In this document: positions 1 to 14,694 of the stretch, in pieces
Numbering within the stretch: position 1 is the stretch's first letter
How the letters are laid out: the number at the start of each line of letters is the position of its first letter
Assembly: GCA_023213395.1 (NCBI GenBank)
Contig: CM041465.1
Coordinates: forward strand, 115,079,741 to 115,143,740
Origin: Cycas panzhihuaensis
Taxonomy: Eukaryota > Plantae > Cycadophyta
Direction: 5' to 3'
Length of the DNA stretch: 64,000 bases
Translations under genes and position numbers: made by a program
Notes under the pieces: model-generated
The model's database searches: none
The model's input: only the letters and a program-made list of their open reading frames with translations
Told to the model about the DNA's origin: nothing

Positions 1-1959
1 TAATATTTTTCTCCATGTTTTGAGCATGTTTTTCACTAAATATTATGTCTATAGTGGTGCCACATTATGAGGAAGTGATATTTAGCCTTAAATCTATTAT
101 TTATAGTGTGATATAATAAAAAACTATGATTGTAGGTTTTGTTTTATCATGGGCTACCTCCTTTATTTATGAGAAATTTTCTTCTTATTCTAAGGACTAT
201 TTCTTTTATTTTCTCCTCTTGGGGTAGTGAAGGGGTTGGGGGGGGGGGGGGGGGGTGGGGGTGTTGAAGGAGGTAGAAGGTCCAACTATATAGTGTAAAA
301 CTCAGATCTAAAGTTGGTTTGGTATTTGGTAGATTGCATAATGAGAGTTTCTCCTAATATTGCACATTTTTCCACTATGCACCATTTGACTATGCACCTA
401 CACAATGTTAATTTTTTTTAAAATTTTTATAATCTAAGGTTTAATATATGCACTAAACTATTTTTAAATTTTGGTTGAGCTTTGTTGAGTCCCTTAATAG
501 ATCATATGGTACTTTTTCATGACTATGGGCTAATTTGAAAAGAGCTAAAAATATAAATTTTTATCTTTTTTACCTTTTTAATGACTCGTGCTCACAGAAA
601 CCTAATAACTTCCTCATATGATGTTAGAGTTTAGTTCTATCTATTGAATTAAAGAGATGACTCATGTGGCTTCATAACAAGTGGTTACAAGATATGCTTT
701 GAATATTTTTTATAGTATATTTTAATACTTAAATTTCCAGTTATAGTTTAACAAGGTGTTATTTGAGTAAAAAATGGAACCTATGCTTAAATGAAGAGGT
801 ATTTTATCATATATTTTGGCTTGGATAACCATTTATGTAGTGTGTTCTATGGTATAGTAGATATAGCTATTGGAATATTGAATTTTGTGAAAGTTATTGT
901 AATGCTTAATTAGTAGATGAGTGGTTATTGGTTGATGTAAATGATTCTCACACATGATCTTATTAGTTTATGTATTAGTGAAATATCATTAGATGATAAT
1001 AAGATGATATAACTATATAAGGGCAATGCATATTATAAAGCAAATTAAATCACCTAGCCCTCCTTGTAAGGCTAGATGATTTATCATGAGGATTATTGAT
1101 TATGTTTTATCAATATGAGACTTTATATATATTTGGAGGTGTTTTTTTCCATTCATAGGTTTTCTACATTAAACATGGTGTCACATATGATGATTGCTTG
1201 ATTGAATTTCCCCCCCTATCCTTATTCCTTAATTATGTTCATTATATTGTTAATTCATCATGTGATTATATTTATCTATCTTCTTGATTATATAAGTCAT
1301 TACCTATATAAGAATTTTAATATTATATCAAAGCTTTTGTATAAGTCATTCCATATATTTTAAAATGGCATAAGAGCATATATGAAGAGATATTAAGAAA
1401 ACTTATTAGAGCAAAGATGAAAGTCCTAAGAAGATATCATATCAAAAGAAGGAAGCAATTTAATACATATATTAAAGGTCAGTTATACATAGTGACAATC
1501 TTCATTATTTGTTAATGATCCATATATGTATTGTATAAGTTAATGATAAAAACTAGTATGACTCAATTATGTACTCTCCCCTTGTCTTCAATAGAACTCA
1601 AGTAAGAAGAGAACACATAGGAGAATAACAATCATATTACGAAGATAATATGCTTATATTACCAATATGGAAGTATAAGTATAATACATAATAGATTAAG
1701 GCAAACCTTAATTTATTACCAAGAAGGGGGTTGCACTAATTTAAGAAGGGAAAGCCTAATGCACTCTCATCTCTCCACCATATGTATCCACTATTTTTTT
1801 ATGGTCTTCCCCTCTAACCATTTTCCAATTACCTTTCAACTAATTCATAACTAACTTTCAACTAACTTCTAACTTACTCCAAACTAACTTCCAACTAACT
1901 TATTAGTAACAATTTGTTAACATTAATAAAAATTATATCAGCCATTATAATTACAATCT

Positions 1960-2390
1960 AGGGTCCTAGTCATACTCTAATTGTAAACTAGTCATAATTA
2001 TAGTCTCAAGTGTGATATAGTTGCAACTATAGTTCTGATTATGATTTGGTCGCAATTTCTTTTCTAACTATGATCTAATTACAATCACAACTTCAATTAC
2101 GATCTAGTTGTAATTGCTGCTCTAACTATAATCTATTTGTAATTATTATTCTAACTATAATCTAGTTGTGATCACAACTCCAATTGTGATCTAGTCATAA
2201 CTACTGCTCTAATTGTAATTTAGTTGTAATCATAACTCCAACTATAATTTAGTTATAATTATAACTCCAATTGTGATCTAGTCATAATTACTGCTCCAAC
2301 TATAATTTGATTGTAATTGCAATTCTAACTATGACTCAGTTGCAACTACAACTTCAACTGTGATCTAGTTGCAATTACAACTATGACCTC
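1960..2390. repeat. Degenerate ~29-bp tandem array within the left LTR of element B
   Basis: Units such as ccaattgtgatctagtcataactactgct and ctaactataatctagttgtgatcacaact recur with 29-bp spacing. Confidence 0.85.
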
Positions 2391-3218
2391 AATAGCTTCA
2401 AAATGTATGCATACAATTTTATCCATACACATCTCTCCCACCACATCTCTAATGAGTTCCCTCACTCATTCTAAAATTTAAAAATTTTTCTAAATCCTTT
2501 ATCTCCCCCAAAATTTTAAAATTAATAATATTTTGGTAGATAGGTGACCTTGTTTTTTTAATAAGCCTTATCATAATGATGTTAGAGCTTGACTATGAAC
2601 TGCTAAGATAATTTTTGATGGTGTGCTTCTTCCCCTGGGTCATTTATCTCATCTTGATATACCTTACTTTTTATTTTTTTCTTAATGTTTTATGGAGTCA
2701 CCTCTTTTTGCTTCTCTTCTTTTACCTGCTTTACTACACTATCTTTTATGAAGTCACTTTTTTTTCTTTTCCTACTATCTTTTGTGGAGTTACCTCTTTC
2801 TATTTTTTTTTTAAAGTCAACTACTTCATTGGGTCCCTCATACATACCATCTATTATACAGTAGAGCAAGTATAGCATAATTAGTAATATCACCATCATA
2901 TAAAAGACTGAATAAACCATGGTCACATTGAATACACTTCTACACTTTTTACAATGAGGATGAAGTCTATATAAGGTCATGGACATCAACTAAAATGTAT
3001 GGCTAACTAGCCACTATGTTCACCAGTTACTAGTATATTACTTAAACACATAGTTCATTATCCTATTAACTTGAAGTCTATATAAGACATGATCATCCAT
3101 TAGAGCTCATGGGTAACCAACAACTGAGCCTTTTAATTGCTAAGATGTCTCTCGTATACTTGATTTATCAGTGATAACTAGAAACTCAGTCTTGGGATTA
3201 TAATATTATGGAATGAAC

Positions 3219-6200
3219 TGTTGGTATATAATGTTTTATCTAAGTAGAAAGGGGGTCATGTTGAGACCACCCTCAAATGTAACTCCAATATGAGGTTGTG
3301 ACACTTGGCAGTCCTAGGTTGATCGGTTACATTTCAATGTGTAATGGTCACATACATGATGTATATTTAAGGAGATTAAAACTCAATAAAGAATCATCTT
3401 TCCTTTCTTTGTTCAAATTTTATTAAGGTTCCCTCTTATGTTCTTTCATCATGGTATCATAGTAGGTTACTCTACCTGATTAAGAGAGGGTTTTTTTGAA
3501 GATAATTCTGGAGTAGACAGATATAAGAGACATCTGAGAGACCAAGAAAGACTGGAGAAGAGCAGAACTGATATTGAAGAAGTCATTGTACAGACAGAGT
3601 ACATAAGTCATCGTATGGATAGAGTACGGATCCGTACAGCTGTATGGACAGAATTTTTAAAACTCCTCAGATTAAGATGAAATTTCACCAGTGGAAAGCT
3701 CTCGGTATTCCTGTCTCTTCTTCCTTTAGGGTTGACTTCATCTGACAAAGTTTTGAAGGGTTTTTTTGTAGTTTTATAGCAGTGCAGGTTTTGATGTACA
3801 ACTACAAATTTCTCACGAATTTTTAAAATTTTATGGATTAAGTCTAATATGAAATTTGTATTAAAGCCTAGAGAAGAGATTGAGACAGGTTTCTTGAAAT
3901 TTTATGGAGTATTTTCTCTGTTTTTTACAAAATCGGGTTTTAACCTAGGTGCCCAGTCTTGGCTCTCGTCTCAGTTTTCTCTTAGATTATTGACTCTTTT
4001 GAAAAGATAATTTTAGATTCAGAATTACCATTCTCTCCTCTCTCTTTTGAGGTACATAGTGTACCAGTCCATATAAGAGTAGGTCCGTATGGAATTCTAT
4101 ATAAAAGTATGGCTCAAACTCTGACAATAGGTTTTGCCTCTGAAGATATATCTTCCACACTCATCTCTCCTGCCAGAACCAGAAAAGTTGACTGACTCAA
4201 ACTATCATGTTTGGAAAATTAAAGTGGAAACAATTTTGAGGGTAAAAAATACATGGAAGATTGCTGAAGGAACTGAAAAACGTCCAAATGACAGTGATGC
4301 CAAGCTAGGGAGCTGGGAAGAAAGAAATAACATAGGTGCCCTTACCTTGAAAATGTCAATTTCTGATCCAATTTTAATTTATGTTGAAAAATTAAACCAA
4401 TCATCTAAAATTTAGAAATGTTTAGAAAATCTGTATAGGCAGAAAATAAGGCAAGAATAATTGCTCTTAAAGAAGAATTGTACAAACTTCATATGAGAGA
4501 AAATGAAAATGTAACAGAGTTCATGCATAAGATCATCTCTATTCGAAATAATCTTTTGAGTGCCGGAGGTCTAATTTCTGAACAAGAACTAGTGGAACTT
4601 GTGACATCAAAGCTGCCAAAGTCATTTGATACAACCATCAACACTATCAAAGATAGTGATAGAATAGATAATATGAAGACAAGAACAAAGAAATAAAAGG
4701 TACGAAGGCACATCAGAATTGGAGGATGCCTTTGCATCCAGACTGAATTTAGGGCCAAGAGGAAGACATCAATTTTAGGGGCGAAGCACAACATTAGATT
4801 TCAGAAGACGAGGATGTTGGCAAGATCCAAGAGGGCAAGAACATAGAAAAGAAAATAGATAATGTTTCAATTGTGGAAGAACTAGACACATCGCCAGCAA
4901 TTACAGAATCTTTGATATGTGTTGCTATTGCAGATAAAGTGGGTACTATCCATATCAATATCCACAAAGACAAAGTGAGATCCCGAAAGGAAAAAGACCT
5001 GTTGGAGGATATAGCAGAGAGAAAGCCGAAGAGGAAGAAGAAGAGACTGCCTTCATTGCTATCTTGGTTGCCAGTATGAAAGACAAGGACATATGATATA
5101 TAGACTCAGGAGCATCAAGACACATGATAAATCGGGAAGAATGGTTTGAAACTCTGAAACCTTGTAATCTAAACAAATCAGTAGAGTTAGGTGATAGGTA
5201 TCCTCTTAATATAAAAGGGATTAGAACCATCTCTATAAATCTGGATGGAGATGCAAAGAAAATTGGAAATGTCTTGTTTGTACCAGGTCTAAAAATGAAT
5301 CTTCTCTCTATCTCTCAACTGAGCAAAAAAGGATTGAGAACCATCTTTGATGAAGATGGGTACTGTCATATTTTAGATATGAAGAGGGAAGGGAAAATTA
5401 TTGCAAAAGGAGTAAGATGCAATGATCTTTATAAACTTCTGTCAGATCCTATACTTCCCAACTTGGAAGTAAAAGCTTGTACTGCTATCAAATCTAGTAA
5501 TAAAGCTTGGCATTTGAGGTATGGACATCTCCTAGTTGACTCATTAAAACTAATGGAGAAATTAAGGATGGTGAATGGTTTGCCTAGAATTTCATCAGAT
5601 AACTTTGTGTGTAAAGGCTATCAACTAGGCAAATAACATAGACATCCCTTTAAAGAAAGTATTTGGAGGGCTCAATCAAAGCTGGAATTAATACACATAG
5701 ATATTTATGGCCCAATTACACCACTTACAATTAATGGATGCAAATACTTTCTAACATTCATTGATGACTTCACTCAAAAAGTGTGGGTATATTTTCTACA
5801 TAATAAGTCAGAAGACTTTGAAACATTCAAAGAATTTAAGACAGAAGCAGAACTAGAATCAGGAACAAAAATTAAATGTATCAGGTCAGATGGAGGAGGG
5901 GAATATATTTTAAAAGAGTTCCTAAACTATTGCAAGGATCGAGGAATTCGCAAATAGGTTACAACTCCTTACACCCCTCAGTCGAATGGAGTAACTGAAA
6001 GGAAGAACAAAACCTTAATGGAAATGGCTCAAAGTATGGTTTATGAAAAAAATGTACCAAAATCCTATTGGGTAGAGGTGGTAAGCACAGCTTGTTATTT
6101 AATAAATAGAAGTCCTACAAAAGCTTTGAAGGATATTACTCCAGAAGAACCTTGGACAAGAAAGAAACCCGATGTAAGTCTTCTTAAAGTTTTTGGCAAT

Positions 6201-8513
6201 CAAGCATTTGTTCATGTTCCAGATAAGAAAAGATCCAAACTGGATGCAAAAAGTATAGAATGTATTATGATAGGCTACAGTAAAAATTTAAAAGCCTATA
6301 AATGTATAGATTCTAAAACTAACAAAATCTATGTAAGCAGAGATGTAATTTTCAATGAATAAGATTCTATTAAATCTTCTCAGAATAGAATAATAGATGG
6401 AAGTGAAAAGGAAATCGAACAAGAAGCTACAAAGGACACTGAGTAGGAAAATAAATTAGAAATCACTTCAGAAGAAGGGGCAGTTCATTCGTCATCAACA
6501 AGTTCAAATGAAACTAATCTAGATCAAGTAATAGTTCATCCATCATCAACAAGTTCAAGTGAATCTGATGAGGTAGAATCCATATCAGATCAAGTAACAA
6601 AAGATTCCAATGAAAACAAAGACTCACAAAAATAAAAAAAGTTGCCAAAATGGTATATTAAAACAATTGAAGAAGGAAAAAGCAATATAATAGAACACAA
6701 AACAAGAGGTCAAAGATCAAAATCTCTACTGAGCAAAGTTGAACCTCAGACCTTTCAAGAAGCAGAAGATCATCAAGAGTGGAAAGCTGTAATAGACAAT
6801 GAAATGAATTCAATCAGAAAGAATCAAACATGGGAATTGGTAGAACTACTTGCCAACAAATTTGCTGTAAGCTATAAATGGGTCTACAAAACAAAAAAGG
6901 GAATGGATGGTAAGGTAGAAAAATATAAAGCAAGATTAGTTGCAAAAGGATATACATAAATAACAAGAGTGGATTTTGATGAAACCTTCTCTCTTGTAAC
7001 GAAAATGAATACTGTGAGAACGGTAATTGCTCTGGCCGTTGCACAAAATTGGAAAATCTCTCAATTGGACATAAAAAGTGCCTTTCTAAATGGTGAATTA
7101 GAAGAAGAAGTTTACATGCAACAACCTGAAGGATACATTGAAAAAGGACAAGAAAATCTAGTTTGCAGATTAAAAAAGGCTCTCTATGGTCTAAAACAAG
7201 CCCCTCGGGCTTGGTATGCCAAACTAGATTATTTCCTCGAAGGAAATAAGTTCAAACGATGCAACTCAGTCTCCAGTCTCTACATAAGGAAAAGGGATGA
7301 TGAGATAACAATAATTGTAGTCTATGTTGATGATATGCTTCTCACTAGAAATGATGAAGGAAGTATCAAAGACATTAAAGATCAACTTCAGTAGAAATTT
7401 GAAATGATAGACTTGGGTTCTCTAAATTATTACTTGGGATTAGAAATAGGTCAATATCAAAATTGCATAACCTTGTCCTAAAGTAACTACATAAAAAATT
7501 TACTTGTCCGATTCTAGATGGAGAATTGCAACCCTTGTATAATGCCCATGGAAACAAATTGTGAATTAATGGCAGATAACATGGAGGAGGATGCCGACAT
7601 CACTTTGTACAGACAAATGATTGGAAGCCTAATTTATTTGATAGCTACTAAGCCTGACATATCTCATTCAGTAGGACTAGTATCTAGATACATGCAGAAT
7701 CCAAAATTGAGACATTGGTAGGCTACAAAGAGAATTTTGAGATATCTCAAAGGAACAACATACCTTAAATTAGTATACTTAAAAGGGGGCTCGATCGAAG
7801 TGTCAGGATATTATGATTCCAACTGGGTTGGAGACAAAGAGCAAAGGAAATCCACCAGTGGATACTGCTTCTTCTTAAGATCATCTGCAATCTCTTGGTG
7901 CAATAAGAAACATGTTACAGTTGCTCTTTCCTCTATAGAAGCAGAATACAAAGCTGCTGCATCAACAACTTGTGAGGCAATTTGGTTGAGACAACTTCTG
8001 CTCAACCTGAATCAATAACAAAAAAAGGTAATTTTCTTGAAATACGACAATCAAAGTGCTATCAAGCTAACCAAAAATCTAATTTTACATGAAAGAACCA
8101 AGCATATTAAAGTTCATCATCACTTCATAAGAGAAAAGGTACATAACAAGGAAATTAACTTGGAGTACTGTCCTTCAGTAGAACAAGTTACAAATCTTCT
8201 AACAAAGCCTCTTGGAAAAGAAAGGCTTAAATATCTAAGAAACAAAATGAATCTGTTAGAGATAAAACATTAAGAGAGGGTGTTGGTATATAATATTTTA
8301 TTTAAGTAGAAAGGGGGTCATGTTGAGACCACCCTCAAATGTAACTCCAATATGAGGTTGTGACACTTGGTAGTCCTGGGTTAATCAGTTACATTTCAAT
8401 GTGTAACGGTCACATACATGATGTATATTTAAGGAGATTGAAACTTAGTAAAGAATCATCTTTCCTTTCTCTGTTTAAATTCTGTTAAGGTTCCCTCTTC
8501 TGTTCTTTCATAA
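3219..8513 (+). mobile_element. Element C: full-length but defective Ty1/Copia retrotransposon (233-bp LTRs 3219-3451 and 8281-8513)
   Basis: 5' LTR is TG...CA. Perfect 5-bp TSD TGAAC at 3214-3218 and 8514-8518. PBS 'tggtatca' at 3452 and PPT 'taagagaggg' at 8271-8280. About 16 differences between the LTRs by manual count, nearly all transitions. Confidence 0.97.
4110..8273 (+). pseudogene. Disrupted Copia gag-pol of element C (GAG/UBN2, zinc knuckles, protease, integrase, RT, RNase H)
   Basis: ORF fragments in Copia order: KLTDSNYHVWKIK (gag), DSGASRHM (protease), WHLRYGH (gag-pre-integrase), YLINRSPT (INT), KARLVAKGY / LDIKSAFLNG / YVDDMLL (RT), STSGYCF / ERTKHI (RNase H). Many in-frame stops and frameshifts. 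Confidence 0.95.
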
Positions 8514-9379
8514 TGAACTTGTTATTATTAGAAGGTTATGTAATTATTACTATTAGAAGTTATTACTATACTTGTTACTACCATCAAAATCCTGTTGTGG
8601 ATAAGAAAAAACCTCAAAAAATTGAGATTATAATACTTACCCATAATTATCTAATATACCTATACTATGGAAATAGATTTCCCTTTTATCATATACCTTC
8701 TGGCATCTACAATCACTATGTATTATATGATAAATTAATATTAGGTCATTACAATACTTTTAATTTTTGTTTGAATCACACTTCAACCTTACTTGATATT
8801 TGACCCATTCATGGCTAGGTGTAAAAGAATATTAAGTGTTCTACTATCATCTAGCTATATCAAAGAGTGTTAAGAATAAAAATCTAAAAAAATATCTGAG
8901 ATTCAAACAATTCTAATGATATTAAAATGTGTACTCTCCCCTTATCTTCAATAAACCTCAAGTAAGAAGATAGCATTCATGAGAATAATAATCATATTAT
9001 AGAGACAAGAAGAATAAGTACAATACATAATAAATTAATGTAAACCTTACTTTATTACTAAGAAGGGGATTTCACTAATCCAAGAAGGGTTAGGTACAAG
9101 CCTGAATTACAATAATTGAAGAACCCTAACCTAATATGCAATGAGAGATACAATGGAAGAAAAAAGGGAAAACCTAATACACTCTCATCTCTCCACCATA
9201 TGTATCCAATGTTCTTTTATAGTCTTCCCCCCCAATCATTTCCCAACTAATTTCCAACTAATTCTTAACTAGCTTTCGACTAACTTCCAATTAAATCCCA
9301 ACTAACTTCTAACTAACTTATTACTAATATTTTGTTAACATTAACAATAATTATATCACTCATCATAATTATGATCTAG

Positions 9380-9865
9380 GGTTTTGATCATACTCCAATT
9401 ATAACCTACTCACAACTATAGTCTCAAGTGTAATATAGTCATAATCATAGTTCTAACTGTAATCTAGTTGTTACTACAGTCCCAATTGTGATCTAGTTAC
9501 AATTATTGTTCTAACTGTGATCCAATTGTAACCACAACTTTAACTATAATCTAATCATAACTATTGCTCCAACTATGATCTAGTTGCAATTGTTGTTCTA
9601 ACTGTACTTTGGTTATAATTGTAACTTCAATTATGATCTGGTCATAATTATAACTCTAACTATGACCTAGTCATAATTATTGGTCCAACTACAATTTGGT
9701 CATAATCATAACTCTATCTATGATCTAGTCATAATCGCAACTCCAACTAGAATCTAATTGTAACTTTCACTCCAACTACAATTTGGTCATAATCGTAACT
9801 CCAACTGTGACTTTGTTACAACTATAACTTTACTTGTGATCTAGTTGTAATCACAGCTATGACCT
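9380..9865. repeat. Degenerate ~29-bp tandem array within the right LTR of element B
   Basis: Same unit family as 1960-2390 (e.g. ccaactatgatctagttgcaattgttgtt). Confidence 0.85.
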
Positions 9866-11436
9866 CAACAACTCTAAAATATATGCATATAATTTCACCC
9901 ATACACACTAGTATTAAGAGTTGATTTGACAAGCTAAAAACTAAAGGATACTAATGTGATGTGACCATGATAAGGGTATATTAAAAGTTGATATTGAGAG
10001 CTTCATATGAAGTTAAAGAGGGGATTCCTTCAAGCTATCAATAATATTTATTTTATGAGTTTATTTATGGATATTTATTACACATATAACTAGCATATTT
10101 ATGAAACATAAAGTTTTTAAGCTCATCCATAAGATGATCATCTAATTAGGACTAATCACCCTATAAGAGCATGGTATAAAGTTGGTACTCTATTAACTGA
10201 GTGTAGAATAGGCCGTAGGTTAACCTATACCATGGTTGATATGCACTAGTTGATGAAGGAGAAATTATGTTGGATAAAATCTCATTTGAAAGGTATTTTG
10301 GAAACAAAGTTTCATGATGATTTTGGGGCATTTAGAAGTGAGAAGATATGTAACCCAATTTAAAGGGTATTTTGTGGCAATTTACACCAATAACAAGGGA
10401 TTCAACACTGTAAGGCATGATTTATTAATAATAAAGGTTTTGATGGGTGAATAATGGTTATTTATTAACATTGGATATTATTATTCTTTATGACTAAGTT
10501 TTTTTGGTAGTTGTAGAGGCATGTATATAAGGGTTTAAAAATTTCAAGCAATAAATTATAAGTAGGTTCATATGAAGAGCTATATATTAATAAGGTATGT
10601 GGTAGACCAAATGAAAAAGGCATTCATTAGTATTATCACTTATTAAAACTTAGGCAAATAAGTTAGGATTTGAAAATGAGGGTTTGATAGTTTTAAATTA
10701 CAAAGTTCAAATCAATCTGATAATGATTTATCATTTATTTAAGCCATTATTTAATGAAGGAGTTATAGCAATGAGTGCTCTTAATTGAAGAAGTATAGAT
10801 CTCTATATACCTTTCTTGTGAATATTGCAGGTCTATTTAGAGATAATAGAGGAATGTTTCTAGTTATCAATTAAAGATTCAATTAGATTCTACAATAGAG
10901 TAGGGCTTATTGATTTATAAAGATAGTCACCATTTAAATCGTAGACAAATAAGCACAAGATCTAGGAAATAAAAAAATAAAAGTAGCACACCACCAAATT
11001 TGATTCTATTTACAAAGAAGTGAATACTGAAGAATGAGGTTGAATATATCAATCCTCCCTATAGTTGTGGTAATCATTTCTATAGATAAAATAGAGGATT
11101 GATAAATGGATTTATATTCATATTTAATGAAGGCCTCATAAGAATGAATAGTTCAAAAAGTAAGGAAGAAAAGAGATCAAATGGAATGTGGAAGCTTGTC
11201 CTTAAACCATGAAGCCACTATGAAGCAACTCCAACACATGCACACACTCAAGTATTTACCACAAAATGTAGAGATAACCTATACACAATATTTTGCCAAA
11301 GATAGTAAGAAATAACTCACTCATAGATCACATCATTGTTTGGAGAATTATTACATAGGAAAACATAAAGAAATTAGTTATTAATCACTCTCTAATCACC
11401 ATATACATAAACATGATGTCAAACCCTAATGATATC

Positions 11437-11438
<2 letters not shown>

Positions 11439-11500
<62 letters not shown>
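11439..11500. repeat. (TA)n microsatellite
   Basis: Pure TA run. Confidence 0.98.
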
Positions 11501-11505
<5 letters not shown>

Positions 11506-14500
11506 TTTAATAAATTTAATCCAATTTGATATTTTTTCGAGGTCTAACTAACATCGATAAGTCTTAGCAAATGGTCATATACTATTAGTCATACAACTAA
11601 AAGTAGAAACATAAAGGTGCTAATGGTATTTTGACCTATTTTTTATTTTTAAAAATAATATATGGATATATTTTTAGGTATAACTTTTGCATGTGAAGTC
11701 AAAATTTTAATTTGTTATTTATATTAGAAAGAGGATTTAATAACAAATGTAATGAATGGTTGCAATACATGATTTTGTTGGGATAATGCCCATTGTTAAG
11801 ATGCATATAGCTATCCTCAGGCCCCAAAATAGCACCTTATGCCACCAAATACCATCATGCAACCTTCGTAGCTAACTAAGGTAAGTATATTGTCTTATTT
11901 TATTTATATTTTATTATTTGGACTAATGTCAGGTTGAGGCAGTCCATCGTCTCCCCAAAACTATAAATTGAAGGGGAATACCTCCCTAGTATTTTTTAAC
12001 ACTACCAAATATTCTATGAAATATTTTACACTCTCAAGCTATGGATATGTGTCTTTCTGATCAAACAACTCTACTCCTCAATCCAACATTTGGTATCAGA
12101 TTGTACCAGGTTTATTATATTGCTAATATTTCATTAATTTGATATAGTTCTTGCATTAAAATTTTAATATACTCTCATTTATCATTGGTTTAATTGCATA
12201 TATGCTATATATTGAGCTTATTTTTGGTTTTACGAGTTGTTCCTCACTGTGTCCAGCCCTCCGGCATCCCTACGCCCCTCTATGTAGCCTCCTAACGTTA
12301 CTATGTCTCATTTTTATGTGTTCATTCCATTCATTTATTTATTTTCTTTAATATTAAAGTTTATTATAAAGTTCACCTTTCAAATATTTTATATTTTACT
12401 GTTACTTATGTTGTGTGACTTGTGTGTATGTATACACAGCTTATGTGATTCATTTGGACCATTAACTCACAATCTTTTGCAATGAATTCAATCATATACA
12501 TGCTATCAATGATTTGGAGAAAAATAGACTAGTATTTCAGAGATTTCATCCATTTTTTAATTGATTTATTAATTCAATTTTTAGGTCGATAGGGTAACCT
12601 TAGCTTCAACAGAGTCCATCTTTCAAATGGACGAGTAAAACCCCTACAAGTAATTGCTCGTTTTGATCATAGCTGAGTTATCTTCTCAATAGAAGAAATT
12701 GTTTAAGATTTTGTGTCTTCTTTGTGGAGAAATCTTCCTCAGAGTGACCATCATCTCTCAGGTCTATGAAAACCCCATAGTTGTTCCTTCTTTTTTCTCT
12801 TTGACTTTAATATTTCTTCAAAAAATAAATAGATATACCTATTCTACTTAGAGCTGCACCCTCTCTAAGATAATTTTGAGCATAAATGATAGTGATTTGA
12901 GTGCCCTCTTTACGTATAATCTATCACCTCTATGTGTCTACTATTTTTCTTTATTTTTCCTCATTATTTATTCATAAAATTTATATATTTTATAGTTGTT
13001 TATAATGTTAATCTCTTGCATGGCCTTCTGTTAAGATTTTGATTGAATTTAATCGATCTAGTCATTATTCTTCATCTTTGTCACGTACCATTAATGCCTG
13101 AGCTAATTTCTTTAATATATTTTATATTTTATAAAGTTTGAGTTGTATTAAATCAATTTGGAATCTCTTTTGATGTTTGGGTAGGTCATTTTTGGTTTAG
13201 CCCTCTTAAACTTAAGCCCCAGGTCCTATCGTACCTCATATGACCTTACGATTAGACAAACCTCAATTATTTTTAATCCTTTTTTGGTTTTAAGGGCTAT
13301 TAATCAATTATATAAAATTTGGAGTCCTATCCCTCTTTGGTCCTCTAATAGGTAGTCTCACCACTCTCCATGTAACCTAGGCCCTATCAGTAAAAGGGCT
13401 TAACTTCCCTGATTCCCATTTTGATGCTATAAGGAGGACCCTAGATAGTTTCTTTAATAACTTGAATTATATAGCTTCAATTTTCAAACCGTCAGAACTG
13501 TCAGAAAGATTTTTTAATGCTCTACATATTAGAGTAGGTTTTGTCACATTATAATATTATTTTGTAGGTCCTTAAAGCTATTAAAATTAAGTCTTAGATG
13601 TAATCCTAGTTAGATAATTTTTTTCGCATTTTGAGCTAAGTTCCAACTAAATATACTCATTTATTATTTGGATGCTAATCAATTATTAACAATATTTGTT
13701 TGGTTTTATAAGCTTAAAAGTTATTTTTTTAGCTCTTTAGCTTTATTTTTGGCTTCTTAAAGATCAGAAGCCCTATTTGGTTTAAAGCAACAAACCGGTA
13801 CTCATTAGTATCATTCACTTTTATTAACATATAAATCTAAATCCAAGAGATTTCCTTAAGCATTTTTTTGTTATTTAAGGTCTTTTTCCTTCTTGAATAC
13901 TTCAAAATTGCACTTAGCTTGCATGTGAATTTACAGAAGAGTATTCTTTCATTCTATTTACATCATTTTAGGAAATATTTACTAGTAATTTTATATATCT
14001 TAAGCTTATTGATTCACTAGTCAAAGGAACATTTTGTTTACCTTAAATCCATTATATTTTTGAAGCTTGATAAGTGCATTATAAGTTATTTTTTGGTTTT
14101 TTTAAGCTTTTAAGACTCATTTCATTTTAGCATCTCATTATATTTTTTACATACATACATAATAGTTCTTCATTTTAAATCCTCTTATATTCATCATTAC
14201 TTGAAAAGATTACAAGTTGAACATTGATCTTCATTTTTTCAAAAGGATTGCTTGTCTTGTACTCTCTAAGAATTATTCAGCTATATTGCTTAAAAGACAT
14301 TTGGATATTAGAAGCTCCTTTCTTTTGGCTCATATTCTTAGCTCCTTATTGATTAATTAAATCCTTCAAGAAAAGGTGCATATAGTTTCCTTTCAAACAA
14401 AGTTGTTTACATTTTTTTTAAAGAGCATCTTCAAGTTAAAAGATAATAGTTTACATATTTACATTCATATTGTTTTATTAAGAAGAAATATTTTATTCTT

Positions 14501-14694
14501 TTACTTTATTTTTCCATAGTGAAATTAATTCAAGAGTATTATTTATCACTTTTATTTAAAAGATATTAGTCTTTTTTTTTTTTTGATAAGGTAAAATAAT
14601 ATTGAAGGGGTTTTAACTAGGTCCCCAAACCTCGTACATCAAAGTCCATCTATACATGACAGGTGACCATGACAAGCCCATGGCCTAGCCCAAA

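Larger units (their letters stand above)
1570..9907 (-). mobile_element. Element B: non-autonomous/deleted LTR element (LTRs ~1570-2431 and ~8930-9907), interrupted by Copia C
   Basis: Direct repeats start 'tgtactctcccctt' and end 'ccatacaca'. The pyrimidine tract 'tctctcccacc' just inside the left LTR is a minus-strand PPT. Only ~1.2 kb of internal sequence remains once C is removed, with no recognisable RT/INT. Confidence 0.75.

Noticed and set aside
1960-2390. CRISPR-like array
   Set aside because: Units are contiguous degenerate tandem repeats with no unique spacers, inside plant LTRs, and no cas genes are present.
2615-2989. Hydrophobic and Lys-rich overlapping ORFs as genes, and a YEGP motif as Gypsy integrase GPY/F
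   Set aside because: Low-complexity AT-rich frames. The motif alone is too short to assign.
12580-12800. Slightly GC-richer patch in the leader of Copia D as another captured gene fragment
   Set aside because: No recognisable protein motif in the frames I read. It would need BLASTX.
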